A DNA stretch of 41,469 bases, from assembly GCA_002269645.1 (NCBI GenBank), contig NIVC01001572.1, positions 45,052-86,520 on the forward strand, given 5' to 3'. A model generated the notes under the pieces. The model was not told where the DNA came from, searched no databases, and was given only the letters and a program-made list of their open reading frames with translations. Both the position numbers and the translations under genes were made by a program. Positions 21,346 through 32,777 of the stretch are shown here, one piece after another; the stretch's first letter is position 1, and the number at the start of each line of letters is the position of its first letter. This DNA comes from Macrostomum lignano (lineage: Eukaryota).

Positions 21346-23854
21346 TCAGTACCCGCCTCATCCAGTGCAGCAGCAGCAGCAGCAGCAGCAGGCGGATTCG
21401 TCAGATCCGTCTCAAGCGCTCCGCCTGCTGTCCAGCGGACTGGCGCACCCGCTGCCTGTCAGCCTGGACCTCGTGCGCGAAGCCATCGACAAGTCGGACG
21501 GCCTGGCCGGCTGCCTGACGGAGCTGGAGAAGGTATGCCTGATGTGCATCTTCCGCTGGAGCCGCGAGACCGAGGCTGCACCCGGGGTTGGCAGCGGTGC
21601 CGCCTTCGCCAACTGGAAGCACATCCTGCTGCTGTCCGTGACGCGCCACTTCCTGGTGAACTCGCAGACTCTGCGCCAGGCCGGCACCACCTCGATGAGC
21701 CACCTGGCCTTCGAGCTCGGCTGTCGGATGAAGCGGTACGCGGCCGAGCACCGCGTTGACCAGGCCGACCCCGATGGGAGAATGAGTGAGTCTGGAAGTT
21801 TGGAGGAGCGGCGCTGTCCTTGGGGGGGGGGCGCCAGTCAGGTGGGTCAATATTCAGGGAGGGCGAGGCGGATGCCAGTCAGAGGAATCATAGCCTTTAT
21901 TAAACATGCTCAGAAAGTTCTTAAAGAATCGATAAAACTAGAATTGACTAGAATTGCAACTAGAATTGCAGAGCCCAGCTTGCAAGCAGCTTCAACAACC
22001 CCATCATTCCAGACTCCCTGCTGGCCGAGATGGCCGAGTTCTGCTCCGTAATTCTGGACGTGGTTCTCAACTCCAGAAAGGACGTTATCAGCGACTTCAT
22101 CTTCCTGTTGAGCAGCCACTCGGAAGAGCGTGAGCAGAGCCAGTGCTAATTTTGCTTCTAAACTCTGCTTTCGAGCCCGAGAATTGTTTATCAGTTTTCC
22201 AGAGCACTGGGTGCGGTGGTCTGACTGAGTGAAGCTGAGAAACACTCCATCTGCAGAGAAGAATAGGCTGACCCGTGACAATGAGCCCCTGTGCTGACAG
22301 TAGAAGATCAGCTAGAGAGGGTAGGGGGGCTGCTGCAGCCCTCTCTTACTACGACAGAAGCGCAGACGCACAAGCAGTCTCAGACGCTGCCATTGTCCTT
22401 CGCTCTTTTAGCCTACCCTAATAAACAAGGCTCGTAAAGAGAAGTTTTCGCAGGCCTGGGGCAAGCATGGGGTCATTGCGCAGAGCAAACGCATGCGGGG
22501 CGCCGCCAGGCTCGGAGCCCTAATTTCCGAGCCAGCTGCAGATGGGGCGCCGTGAAACGTGCTGCCAGTCGGCTCACAGAGTCGCAGATTGCAGCGGGGC
22601 CACGTGCGAGAGCGAAAATGCTTGAGCTCTCAAGACAATGGGCGGCTGGGTTCGCAATTAGTGGAGCAGTGAGACACGCTGTACAATGGAGCCTCACTGG
22701 GTTGTTGGAGTCGCACGAGCGGCTGCTGGGCCATGGGCATCCCGAGCTAAACATCTGGTTCGGGGACACCCAGAGTAGTTCCTCCACAAGCCCGCAAGCC
22801 ACTGCTGCACGGGGGCACATTTTCGAGACCTTTAAGATGGGTAAATATTTACGAAAAACTATAGTGAGCCTGCTGCCGTTCCAGATTCTATTTTCAGAAC
22901 TCCCTGGCGCGGGACGGCGCAGACTGAGTGGCCTCAAACAGGCAGCATCTGTATTCAAGATGTCCCTGATTTGCAGATGGGAATCCAACTGGCACCCGGA
23001 TAAGGCCTTGTTTTAGACATCTAGACATTTATTAATAATAATAATAATTGATTACACCTGCCCAAATTGGGTCCGATGTGCAACCGACAGCTCAGCCGCA
23101 GCTATTGCGCGGTGCATCTGATGGCTGGGTACGGCTGTTCAGTCCAAGGACTGAAGGGTCACACACACCCTAAATTACAGCTGGGTGAACTGAAGCAATG
23201 CAGAGTTACAAGTGTCTTGCTTAAGGACTCAAATTGTTCCAGTGGGATCGGAAATCGAACCCCCGACCTTCAAGTCGAGAGTTCGACGCTCGCTAGCCAC
23301 TAGGCTACAACTGGGGGTTGCAGACTTCTAGACAAACAAGTACGAGTAGAGTGTGCTAATGATTATTTATGTACGCTCGTAGTCAGGTAAAAAGTCACGA
23401 CAGTCATGCCTGACGATTCGAAAGTCACCTGTACATCCTGTGTGAGCGAGTGCGAGTCTGCGTACAGTATAGATATTAGCGCATCCTAGTGGTCCTTGAG
23501 CGCTGGTTTTGTGCCAATAATGACTAATGCGACTGCAGAGAGCAATTCAGATGAGTCACACCGTCTCACTCCACCCTTCATTGCCTCCGCCAACTCACAG
23601 AAATTGTCTCCCGCCTGGAAAACCAGCCGCGCCTTCTGCCCGCGCTGCGGGCCTTCCGGGCGGCAGCGACCGCGCTGGAGACGGCGCGCCCTGATCAGCA
23701 GGCGCTGCTGATGGCGCTGCTGCTCGGCTCTGCTCCGGTGCCGGTCAGCTCCACTGCCGCGGCGTCGTCGGCCGAGAGGATTCCAACGGCTCTGACGACC
23801 GTCGCGACGTCCAGCAGCGCGTCTTCGGCCGCAGCGCCTGGCAGCGTTGCCTAG
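18378..23854 (+). CDS. Hr4: Nuclear receptor, NR6A (HR4/GCNF) type: join(18378-19276, 19410-19558, 20006-20067, 20606-21785, 22013-22129, 23601-23854)
   Basis: C4 DBD: [20 protein letters not shown]|[17 protein letters not shown]...[17 protein letters not shown]|[17 protein letters not shown], closely matching the HR4 DBD and T-box (…QAVREDRMPGGRNSGAVY). All five introns are GT-AG with matching phases (2,1,0,1,1). A divergent LBD ends in an AF-2-like LLMALL. Orthology is from memory of HR4, not from a search. Confidence 0.88.
19576..19834 (+). repeat. 15-bp tandem repeat GACGGTGAGA(T/C)AGCT x17 in nuclear receptor intron 2
   Basis: Units start at 19576 and recur every 15 nt to 19816. Confidence 0.97.
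20080..20585 (+). repeat. 31-bp tandem repeat GACTGACTCTGACTGGG(G/A)TTTGTCACAGC(A/G)T x~16 in nuclear receptor intron 3
   Basis: 31-bp period (20080, 20111, ...). Confidence 0.97.
23027..23314 (-). mobile_element. tRNA-derived SINE with a CORE-like central segment and a (TTA)n tail, antisense in nuclear receptor intron 5
   Basis: Minus strand has an A box TAGCCTAGTGG, a B box GGTTCGATTTCC and an acceptor-like stem CCAGTTG/CCACTGG. GTCCTTAAGCAAGACACTTGTAACTCTGCATTGCTTCAGTTCACCCAGCTGTAA resembles the MIR/CORE segment (CCTTGGGCAAGTCACTTAACCTCTCTG...CAGTTTCCTCATCTGTAAA). The tail is ATTATTATTATTAATAAA. Confidence 0.75.
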
Positions 23855-23943
23855 GAAACCAAGGCCTCAGCTGATTTCGACTGCACATGTACATTGCTTG
23901 CCTCAGTTTAACAAAACTCTGTGATGCGTGATTTTCTTGCTGC

Positions 23944-24346
23944 ACCCTGAGCCCTGTAGCAACGGCCAATGTTTACCTTGACGACCCTGGGTCCTATAGC
24001 AACGGCCAATGTTTACCTTGACGACCCTGGGTCCTATAGCAACGGCCAATGTTTACCTTGACGACCCTGGGTCCTGTAGCAACGGCCAATGTTTACCTTG
24101 ACGACCCTGAGCCCTGTAGCAACGGCCAATGTTTACCTTGACGACCCTGGGTCCTGTAGCAACGGCCAATGTTTACCTTGACGACCCTGAGCCCTGTAGC
24201 AACGGCCAATGTTTACCTTGACGACCCTGGGTCCTGTAGCAACGGCCAATGTTTACCTTGACGACCCTGGGTCCTGTAGCAACGGCCAATGTTTACCTTG
24301 ACGACCCTGGGTCCTGTAGCAACGGCCAATGTTTACCTTGACGACC
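23944..24346. repeat. 40-bp tandem repeat x10 (GTAGCAACGGCCAATGTTTACCTTGACGACCCTGGGTCCT), just downstream of the receptor stop
   Basis: AACGGCCAAT recurs at 24001, 24041, ... Confidence 0.97.
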
Positions 24347-25152
24347 AGGTGTTTCTGGGGACGCCGTTTGGCATCATTAGTTCCAAAATATTTTTGGTTG
24401 TAACCACGGTAAACGAACCGGTTGCCATTGGTAACTATTTTTGTTGTCATAGACAGATTTTAATTGCCATCATACCCACTGCGAGCCGCGGAACATGTTG
24501 CTGCACTCAAATTTGCATTTTCAATATATACATCTTGATAACCCGTCACAGCCCTTGATTGTCTCACCGATTCCAAATGTCAATATTTTTGTTAAAGAAT
24601 TCTACTTAAAAGTGAAGAGGAACCAACTGCATCGAGACAGTTGTGCAACTTTTCTTGTCTGCACTTTTCCGCCGGGGAAACTAGAAGGAAAATCCTCATC
24701 TCTGCATTGCGGACTGCTTCAACCCGAGCTGTGTATTTCACAAAAACTGCGGCTTCACTGAAAATGCTTACAAAAAATTGGGGAGCCCGCGCGCCCTTGG
24801 CGCGGCTCCCCACTGTTTGGTGGAGAACAAAAATGACTCGAAAAAAAATTGTTTCCAGCTCGCCCCTCTGCCGATCTTCATCTTCGATTCTTTGCGGGTT
24901 CCGCATAGCGACAGGGAGGTTTTAAGTGATAAAATATTGATATTAATGAAACTGACTCACGAGACTGCTTGCTTTGCCTGTACAAAGTTAATTAGAAATA
25001 AGGAGGGAACAGAAGCACCTAAACAGTAGAATGTGGGGGGGGGGGCTGCAATTAAAGATGCAACTCAGGCTGGGGTGCTGCTGTGACGCAAAAAAGTTCT
25101 GAACTCAGCCGGTTACACATTAAACAGACTGTCGGGTTGCTCCAAACCTACT

Positions 25153-26742
25153 CTACTTAGAAGTTGACGAGGACAATGCGGTGCCATTGGAGGCTCCGGA
25201 ATTTTTCCTGCCGAGCTGCGAGCCGAGGTCCCAGCCCAGACCGTTGTCCAGCGCGTGCAGGCACATCCGCAGCGCCTTCTCGCCCGGCGCCCGGACCACC
25301 ACGCGGTGCAGGGGGACGTGGCCGGGCCGCCGCGCCCGCTGGAAGACGCCAATGTAGCAGCCGTAGCGCTGGCTGATGCTCTTCACCTTGCGGTCGCCGG
25401 GGTCGCTGAGGATGTCGCGCAGGCTCGGGCTGTCCCGCACCGTGAAGGCGTGTACGAGGTGGCAAGCGGCCGCGGCGCTGGCGGTGGTGACGGATGTGGT
25501 GGCGGCGGTGGCCGCGGAGGCCGTGGCGGCGGATGTCACGGCGGTGGTGCTGCGGGACCGCAGTGGCTGCTGCCGCGGGTGGCCACCGGCAGCTGCGGGT
25601 TTCGCTGGCTCCGCGGCGATCAGCGCAGGCGGCGGCTTTGGCGCCGGTTTTGGCGGCGGCGGCGGCGGTGACGAAGCCTTCACCAGGCTGGAGTTGTTCC
25701 TGACTGTCAGCGGGGCCTGCTGAAACTGGCGATGCGTAGTCTGGGTGAGGAAGTAGGGCGATGACACCCGCTGCTGCTGCAGGCCGCAGGGCTGGTGAAG
25801 CTGCTGCTGGTGCAGGTGGAGGAGAGGCGCAGACGGAGTTCGCGGGGGCGGCGGCGGCGGGGGCGGCTGCAGCGAGCTTGGAGTGCGCGGGTGGGCCTGC
25901 AGCTCAACCGCTGATGGCTTTCTCAGGAGCCGAGGCGCGGGCTTTGGGGCCGGCTGCGGCGGCTGCTTCTGCGCAGTGAGCGGTCGCTGAGAAGTCTGGA
26001 CCGAACCGACCAGTCGCTGCTGCTTGCAGGAGCTCTCCGGCGTGCGAGTCCGCGAGCTGGTCAGCTGCGGCTGCTCCGCTGTCAGGAGGCCGGCGGACAT
26101 GAGGCCGCCCATAAGCCGCTGCTCGAAGCGCTCCAGGATGGGCGGCAGGACCCGGCTGAGCAACAGCCTGAGGCAGCCGCTCTTCACCACCGAGTAGACG
26201 CTGCCGTCAGCTGCCGGTGGAGCGGCCTGCGACCCGGCATCGCCGCCGCCGACCCGCTGCGCCACTGCCTGCTCGAGCTTGTCCAGGTCGGCCTCGAACT
26301 GCCGCACGACCGTCGACCGGAAGGTGGCCCGGTCCTCGGACAGCTCGCTGAGGCTGCTGCCGCCGCTGCTGCTGCTGAGCGCGTCGCCCTCGCCCTCGTT
26401 CTTCAGCAAGAAATTCTGATCGGCGCCGCCAGCTTGGCCGAGGTGAAAGTCCGCGACGCTGTCGTCAAAATTTTCGCAACAGTCCGACGGCGGTGGCGGC
26501 AGAGAAGGCGACGGCGACCGCAGAGACGTCGGCGAGGCCCTGGCGGGCGGCGGTGGCGGCGGCAGGGGAGGCGAGTTCGAGGGCCGCTGCAGCTGGCGGC
26601 TCCTCCCGTGCGGCCGCCGGTGGAAGTTGCGGCCGCAGTCGATGAGTGAGCAGTCGGACAGGGTGCTGCAGACGCTGTCGCAGTCTTGAGTTGGTGCCAC
26701 CGAGCTGCTCAGGAGCTGCTCGCGAGCTGCCACCCTGGCCAT
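25153..26742 (-). CDS. Intronless 529-aa low-complexity (P/Q/A/S) protein with a C-terminal atypical KH-like domain
   Basis: Uninterrupted GC3-rich ORF. The C-terminus HAFTVRDSPSLRDILSDPGDRKVKSISQRYGCYIGVF...HRVVVRAPGEKALRMCLHAL fits the type I KH beta-alpha-alpha-beta-beta-alpha pattern without GxxG. Confidence 0.75.
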   Translation of the reverse strand: MARVAAREQLLSSSVAPTQDCDSVCSTLSDCSLIDCGRNFHRRPHGRSRQLQRPSNSPPLPPPPPPARASPTSLRSPSPSLPPPPSDCCENFDDSVADFHLGQAGGADQNFLLKNEGEGDALSSSSGGSSLSELSEDRATFRSTVVRQFEADLDKLEQAVAQRVGGGDAGSQAAPPAADGSVYSVVKSGCLRLLLSRVLPPILERFEQRLMGGLMSAGLLTAEQPQLTSSRTRTPESSCKQQRLVGSVQTSQRPLTAQKQPPQPAPKPAPRLLRKPSAVELQAHPRTPSSLQPPPPPPPPRTPSAPLLHLHQQQLHQPCGLQQQRVSSPYFLTQTTHRQFQQAPLTVRNNSSLVKASSPPPPPPKPAPKPPPALIAAEPAKPAAAGGHPRQQPLRSRSTTAVTSAATASAATAATTSVTTASAAAACHLVHAFTVRDSPSLRDILSDPGDRKVKSISQRYGCYIGVFQRARRPGHVPLHRVVVRAPGEKALRMCLHALDNGLGWDLGSQLGRKNSGASNGTALSSSTSK

Positions 26743-28245
26743 GCTGCGAGCCTGAAAGCTGCTTCGTCTTGTTCAAAGCAGCGGCAAGTCGGTGGCCGGT
26801 CTCGGCGAGGCCATGCAGGAGAATTGAAGGCGCGCTGTGGCCACCCGCGCTGAGCTCTCGGCGGTGAAAAAATGCGTGGGTCGGGGCGCAGCCGAGCTGC
26901 TCAAACTGATGCAGCAGCCAGCTGCCAGAGCTGCAGCAGCTGATCACCAAGGTGATCTTATAGTAGTCTATGGCCGAGAGCTCTTCTTTGGCAATCGAAT
27001 AAAAGTACTTCGTGAGGGTTAAATATAACCCCGTGACCCTAACCCTGCTGTGAGCTACTTGCTACTGACAAATACGCTCGTAAATCGTTCGTCTGGAAAG
27101 TGAGCTCTTGTCTCAGGTTCTCAAACTCGACTCTAAAATATGCAGGACCATGTGCGATCGTGCGTGGATGCTCGCGACGATATTTAATGTTGAGTCTGTT
27201 TTACGTGTACACTCGGCCTAATCACCCAACAGGACACAAATTTAAAAATGAGACGTTTGCTATTGCTGTACTCGTATGCTTTCTAAATGAGTCCATTGGG
27301 CACGAGTTTATTGGGCAAATTAAGCCGAGCTCCAGGTAAGCAAGGCAAGCTTGCCGTGATGGGGCAGTAGCTTGTCAATGCTCCACGCACTCACACACAC
27401 CATAGGCTGTTATCTCAGTTAGTATCGGTTAGTAAATGGTTCTACTGTTCAACCGAAAGTTTCGACCACAAGCTGTTAGGGCGCCAGTTTGCTCGATCGC
27501 AAGTTGGAAAATTGGAACAATAAAATCTGCCTCAGTCAGCGTTATTTCAAACCAATAGCAAGAGATGCAAAAGAGTTCGACGAGATCGGACCCGGCCGTT
27601 GTGCGTCATTCGGCGGCTCCACCAGTGCTGCAGCTGTACCGCTGTCGCAGATCTTGGGCGCTGATCTCAGCAGTTTTCGTGGGAGCCCGACGTTCTTAGT
27701 GCAAGCCAACTTCAGCAGGCTGAACTTTCTAATTTTCACCTGTGCATCCCGCTAGGCGGGGCGAGCACAATGAACTCCTGCTGAACTGGTCTTGCTGTCC
27801 TGGGCTGATCGGCTGATTGTTGATGTTCGCACTGCTGAGATAGTTGATGCTGCTGCTGGTGTGAGCCGAGCTACGCTGGGAGCCTTAGACAAAGGATAGC
27901 GTCCGCAACGTTGGGGCCTACTTCTTAACTTTGGTCCCCTCGCTCCAGGCTCACCATTGTGTCCTCTCGTACCGTCCAGCCCCGGACAGGTGACACGACA
28001 AGCCGCCAAATGAATGTGAAGGAGCGTAGAATGGAACGTGGCGCAAGAGACTGCTTCTGGTCGCACAGCTGCTGAGACCAAATGGAGGAGAGCTGACAGC
28101 CTTCACAACAACTCAAATGAAAGTTGAACTCCATGAATAAAGTCGGTGCGTATTGAATTTAGACAGGCATTGCGAAATAAATGGGCCGCGTGTATTTGGA
28201 GAGCAGAAAACTGCAGTCGCTCTGAAAACTGTAAAAACCACTCAG

Positions 28246-29302
28246 AGAAGCCGCAGACACGCTAAACCTCCGGCTCCATCAGAGTCAGGTAGGCATCCAC
28301 AATCAGAAGCCGCAGACACGCTAAACCTCCGGCTCCATCAGAGTCAGGTAGGCATCCACAATCAGAAGCCGCAGACACGCTAAACCTCCGGCTCCATCAG
28401 AGTCAGGTAGGCATCCACAATCAGAAGCCGCAGACACGCTAAACCTCCGGCTCCATCAGAGTCAGGTAGGCATCCACAATCAGAAGCCGCAGACACGCTA
28501 AACCTCCGGCTCCATCAGAGTCAGGTAGGCATCCACAATCAGAAGCCGCAGACACGCTAAACCTCCGGCTCCATCAGAGTCAGGTAGGCATCCACAATCA
28601 GAAGCCGCAGACACGCTAAACCTCCGGCTCCATCAGAGTCAGGTAGGCATCCACAATCAGAAGCCGCAGACACGCTAAACCTCCGGCTCCATCAGAGTCA
28701 GGTAGGCATCCACAATCAGAAGCCGCAGACACACTAAACCTCCGGCTCCATCAGAGTCAGGTAGGCATCCACAATCAGAAGCCGCAGACACGCTAAACCT
28801 CCGGCTCCATCAGAGTCAGGTAGGCATCCACAATCAGAAGCCGCAGACACACTAAACCTCCGGCTCCATCAGAGTCAGGTAGGCATCCACAATCAGAAGC
28901 CGCAGACACGCTAAACCTCCGGCTCCATCAGAGTCAGGTAGGCATCCACAATCAGAAGCCGCAGACACGCTAAACCTCCGGCTCCATCAGAGTCAGGTAG
29001 GCATCCACAATCAGAAGCCGCAGACACACTAAACCTCCGGCTCCATCAGAGTCAGGTAGGCATCCACAATCAGAAGCCGCAGACACGCTAAACCTCCGGC
29101 TCCATCAGAGTCAGGTAGGCATCCACAATCAGAAGCCGCAGACACACTAAACCTCCGGCTCCATCAGAGTCAGGTAGGCATCCACAATCAGAAGCCGCAG
29201 ACACGCTAAACCTCCGGCTCCATCAGAGTCAGGTAGGCATCCACAATCAGAAGCCGCAGACACGCTAAACCTCCGGCTCCATCAGAGTCAGGTAGGCATC
29301 CA
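28246..29302. repeat. 59-bp tandem repeat x~18, overlapping the stop codon and 3' UTR of the F-box gene
   Basis: Unit AGAAGCCGCAGACACGCTAAACCTCCGGCTCCATCAGAGTCAGGTAGGCATCCACAATC, period 59. Confidence 0.97.
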
Positions 29303-32151
29303 GAATCAGCTCTTTCGCATCGCTGCCCGAGGCCACGAGGACGGGCTGCTCGTAGGCAGACTGGAAAGCTGCAACTGCGGCCTCAGTCAGGTCGTCGCAG
29401 CCGGCAATGACCAGCTGCTGCAGCCACGGGCAGCCATTCCGGATACTGGCCAGGGCAGCGGGGGTCAGCTGGGTGCAGCCAGACAGCCACAGCCGCCGCA
29501 GGCCCCTGGCAACCGGACTGGCGCACAGGTCAGCAATTGCCTCATCGGTGAGGCTGGGCTCGGATTTGTAAGGCTCGCGGTCAGCCTCAGGGTAGAGCAG
29601 CACCCTGAGCTCGAGCAGGTCCGCTGAGCAGTTTTGAACGGTTCGCAGGTTCGCCCAGGCCCGGCCGGTGAGGCGCCGGCAGTCGAGGAGGCGGAGGCAG
29701 CGCAGGCGGGGCAGCTGGACGAGCAGAGCCGGTAGGCGGTCGTCGTGGCACACGTCCAGGGTGAGGTGGGTCAGGCCTGCGGAGGGCGGAGTGCCGCACG
29801 ACTCTCAAACTGCTGCATGAGTTTAAGGGTTTCTAAGGTTAAAGGTTAAAGGTTTCTAAGAAACCTCTTTTATCCGGCCCTCGCTCGGATCCATTGAAAC
29901 TTCACAATAGCAATCCGACCAGCTAAAGGTTGGTCATTGGTGTCAGTTCCCTCTTTTCTTTCTTGTCTTCTCTCTCCCTCTTTCTCTCTCCTCTCCTCTC
30001 CTCTCCTTTCCTCTCTCCCCTCTCCACCTCTTCCCTCCCTTATCCTCTCTTCGCTCTTCTCTCCCGTCTTCTCTCCTCTTATCTTACATTTTTTCTCATC
30101 CCATATTTCGCCTCTTCTCTTATCACTCATATTCTATTCCTTCTCCTTTACCTTAAGGATTGAAGAAATCATTGTGGGGGGGGGGCAGGATTCTCCGCAG
30201 CTCAAACAGTCCACACAATTGTTTCTAAGAAACCAAGTTTCCCGTCCTTCTGCACCAGTAGTCCTTGGCACAAACAGGCCAGACAGCCGCCGCTCACCCT
30301 GGCAGGCCCGCAGGCCCTCGGACTGCCCCAGGCCAGCGAAGTCCTCCAGCTCCAGCAGCGGGCAGATGCGCAGGCACAGCTGCCGGAGACCCGCCGGCAG
30401 CGGCGCGGCCAAGTCCGCATCGGCCAGGCGGCAGCGCGTGAACCGGACGATCCGCAGCTCCTCCAGACGGGCGGGCAGGCGGTCAACCAGCAGCCGGTAG
30501 GCCGCACCATCCAGGACGCGGCATTCGCCGATGCAGAGGCTGCGCAGCCGCGGGCAGGCAGCCGCCAGGCGGCCGAATCTGTCGGCAGTCAGCTGGGTGC
30601 AGAAGTCCAGCCGGAGGCCGCGAATGCCGCCGCCGTGGAGGGGGTGGATCAGCAGCTCCGCCATCGAGTTGTTGATATTTGAGTGGGGCAGAGCCAGCTC
30701 CGCCAGGCGGGACAGGCGGGACAGCAGCTGCCGGAATTCTGCGAATGCGACAGACAGACTGACTGGCTGACTGACTGACTGACCGTCTGGCTGACTGACT
30801 GACTGACTGGCTGACTGACTGACTGACTGACTGACTGACTGACTGTCTGACTGACTGACTGACTGACTGACTGGCTGACTGACTGGCTGACTGACTGACT
30901 GACTGACTGACTGACTGTCTGACTGACTGACTGACTGACTGACTGACTGACTGACTGACTGACTGACTGACTGACTGACTGACTGACTGACTGACTGACT
31001 GACTGACTGACTGACTGACTGACTGACTGACTGACTGACTGGCTGACTGACTGACTGACTGACTGACTGGCTGACTGACTGACTGACTGACTGACTGACT
31101 GACTGACTGACTGTCTGACTGACTGGCTGACTGACTGACTGACTGACTGGCTGACTGACTGACTGACTGACTGGCTGACTGACTGACTGACTGACTGGCT
31201 GGCTGACTGATTGACTGACTGACTGACTGACTGACTGACTGACTGACTGACTGGCTGACTGACTGACTGACTGACTGGCTGACTGACTGACTGACTGACT
31301 GACTGACTGACTGACTGACTGGCTGACTGACTGACTGACTGACTGACTGACTGGCTGGCTGACTGATTGACTGACTGACTGACTGACTGACTGACTGACT
31401 GACTGACTGACTGACTGACTGGCTGACTGACTGACTGACTGACTGGCTGACTGACTGACTGACTGACTGACTGGCTGACTGACGGTCGCTTACCAAGCAG
31501 GAAGATGGGGCTCAGAGTCACACTGCTTAGACTTGGGCACTCCGGCAGAACAGAGACAACCTGCCGCACCAGCCGATGGCTCACCTCCAGGTGCAGCGAA
31601 GTCAGCCGGCCGATGATGCCCGCCAGCAGCGACACGAGGTTCGCGTTCTCGGTTGAAAAGTTCGAATACTCGCGGAAGTCCAGCTCGGCCAGGCTCGGAC
31701 AGCCGGCCAGCAGCTGCTTGGCCGGGTCCTCGGTAAACAGCCAGCCGGAGTAGTGCAGCCGCAGACTGCGCAGGCGGGGGCAGCAGCGGCCCAGAACGGA
31801 CAGCGGGTTCGGCCCAGGCCGCCGGTCCCTGTCCGCGTGGTCCGCTTCGTTCTGCGGCTTCTCCAAGGTGAATTTCTGCAGGTTCTTCGACTTGCTCAGC
31901 AGTGGCGCCAGCTCCAGAGCGATCAGCCGGTCGGCGCGGAGCTCCAGCAGCGAGGCGGACAGCCAGGCGGTCAGGCGGGCGATCAGGTTTGGATTGACCG
32001 ACGGGTTGGCGCGGATTCGAATTCGGCGCCACAGCCACGGCTGGGCAACGATTTGCCGCCAGCGCCTGCTCAGCTGAGCGCACCGGCCGAGGCTGGTCTG
32101 GTCCAGCTCGGACAGGATCTGCGTGAGCAGCTCGACAGGCAGCTGCTCCAT
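29265..32151 (-). CDS. F-box/leucine-rich-repeat (FBXL-type) protein: complement(join(29265-29776, 30298-30738, 31494-32151))
   Basis: F-box MEQLPVELLTQILSELDQTSLGRCAQLSRRWRQIV, followed by AMN1-type LRRs (LRSLCIGECRVL, LRRLWLSGCTQLT, LQQLVIAGCDDLT). Both introns are phase 1 with GTAAGC or GTGAGC donors and CGCAG acceptors. Confidence 0.9.
29950..30160. repeat. CT-rich low-complexity tract in F-box gene intron 2
   Basis: Near-pure pyrimidine plus strand. Confidence 0.85.
30753..31483. repeat. (GACT)n / (CAGT)n microsatellite filling F-box gene intron 1
   Basis: Direct reading, with GGCT, GTCT and GATT variants. Confidence 0.98.
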
Positions 32152-32316
32152 CTGCTCCGATGCTTGACAGAAAACCCGGCCAATTAGCTGCTTAAACATG
32201 TCTGCATGCACTTTGGTGCTTGTCTATGGTACCCAAGAAATCTAATTTTTTACTTCCGATTTACTCGGCCGCGTGGCAACATTGAGTGACTAAGTTCTCA
32301 GTCTTGCTTTGAAATA

Positions 32317-32777
32317 TTCAGTGACATTTGCTTCTGCTTCAGTGACATTTGCTTATCATTCAGTGACATTTGCTTCTGCTTCAGTGACATTTTCAACTGC
32401 TGGCATCAATGAGCAGATACAACAATTTCAACTGCTCATATCAATGAGCAGATACAACAGTTTCAACTGCTCACATCAATGAGCAGATACAACAGTTTCA
32501 ACTGCTCATATCAATGAGCAGATACAACAGTTTCAACTGCTCACATCAATGAGTAGATACAACAGTTTCAACTGCTCACATCAATGAGCAGATACAACAG
32601 TTTCAACTGCTCATATCAATGAGCAGATACAACACTTTCAACTGCTCACATCAATGAGTAGATACAACAGTTTCAACTGCTCACATCAATGAGCAGATAC
32701 AACAGTTTCAACTGCTCACATCAATGAGCAGATACAACAGTTTCAACTGCTCACATCAATGAGCAGATACAACAATT
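32317..32777. repeat. Two adjacent arrays: 21-bp x~3.6 (32317-32392) and 35-bp x~11 (32393-32777, TCAACTGCTCACATCAATGAGCAGATACAACAGTT)
   Basis: Period 35 (32463, 32498, ...). Confidence 0.93.

Noticed and set aside
22473-23016. 154/171-aa ORFs in receptor intron 5
   Set aside because: No recognisable motif and not needed for the phase-consistent gene model; may be a decayed TE fragment.
23240-23314. Functional tRNA gene
   Set aside because: The anticodon arm and B-box spacing are irregular, and it continues into a CORE-like body and TTA tail, so a SINE is more likely.
30483-31496. SQSV-repeat ORFs
   Set aside because: Read-through of the (CAGT)n microsatellite inside a well-defined GT-AG intron of the F-box gene.
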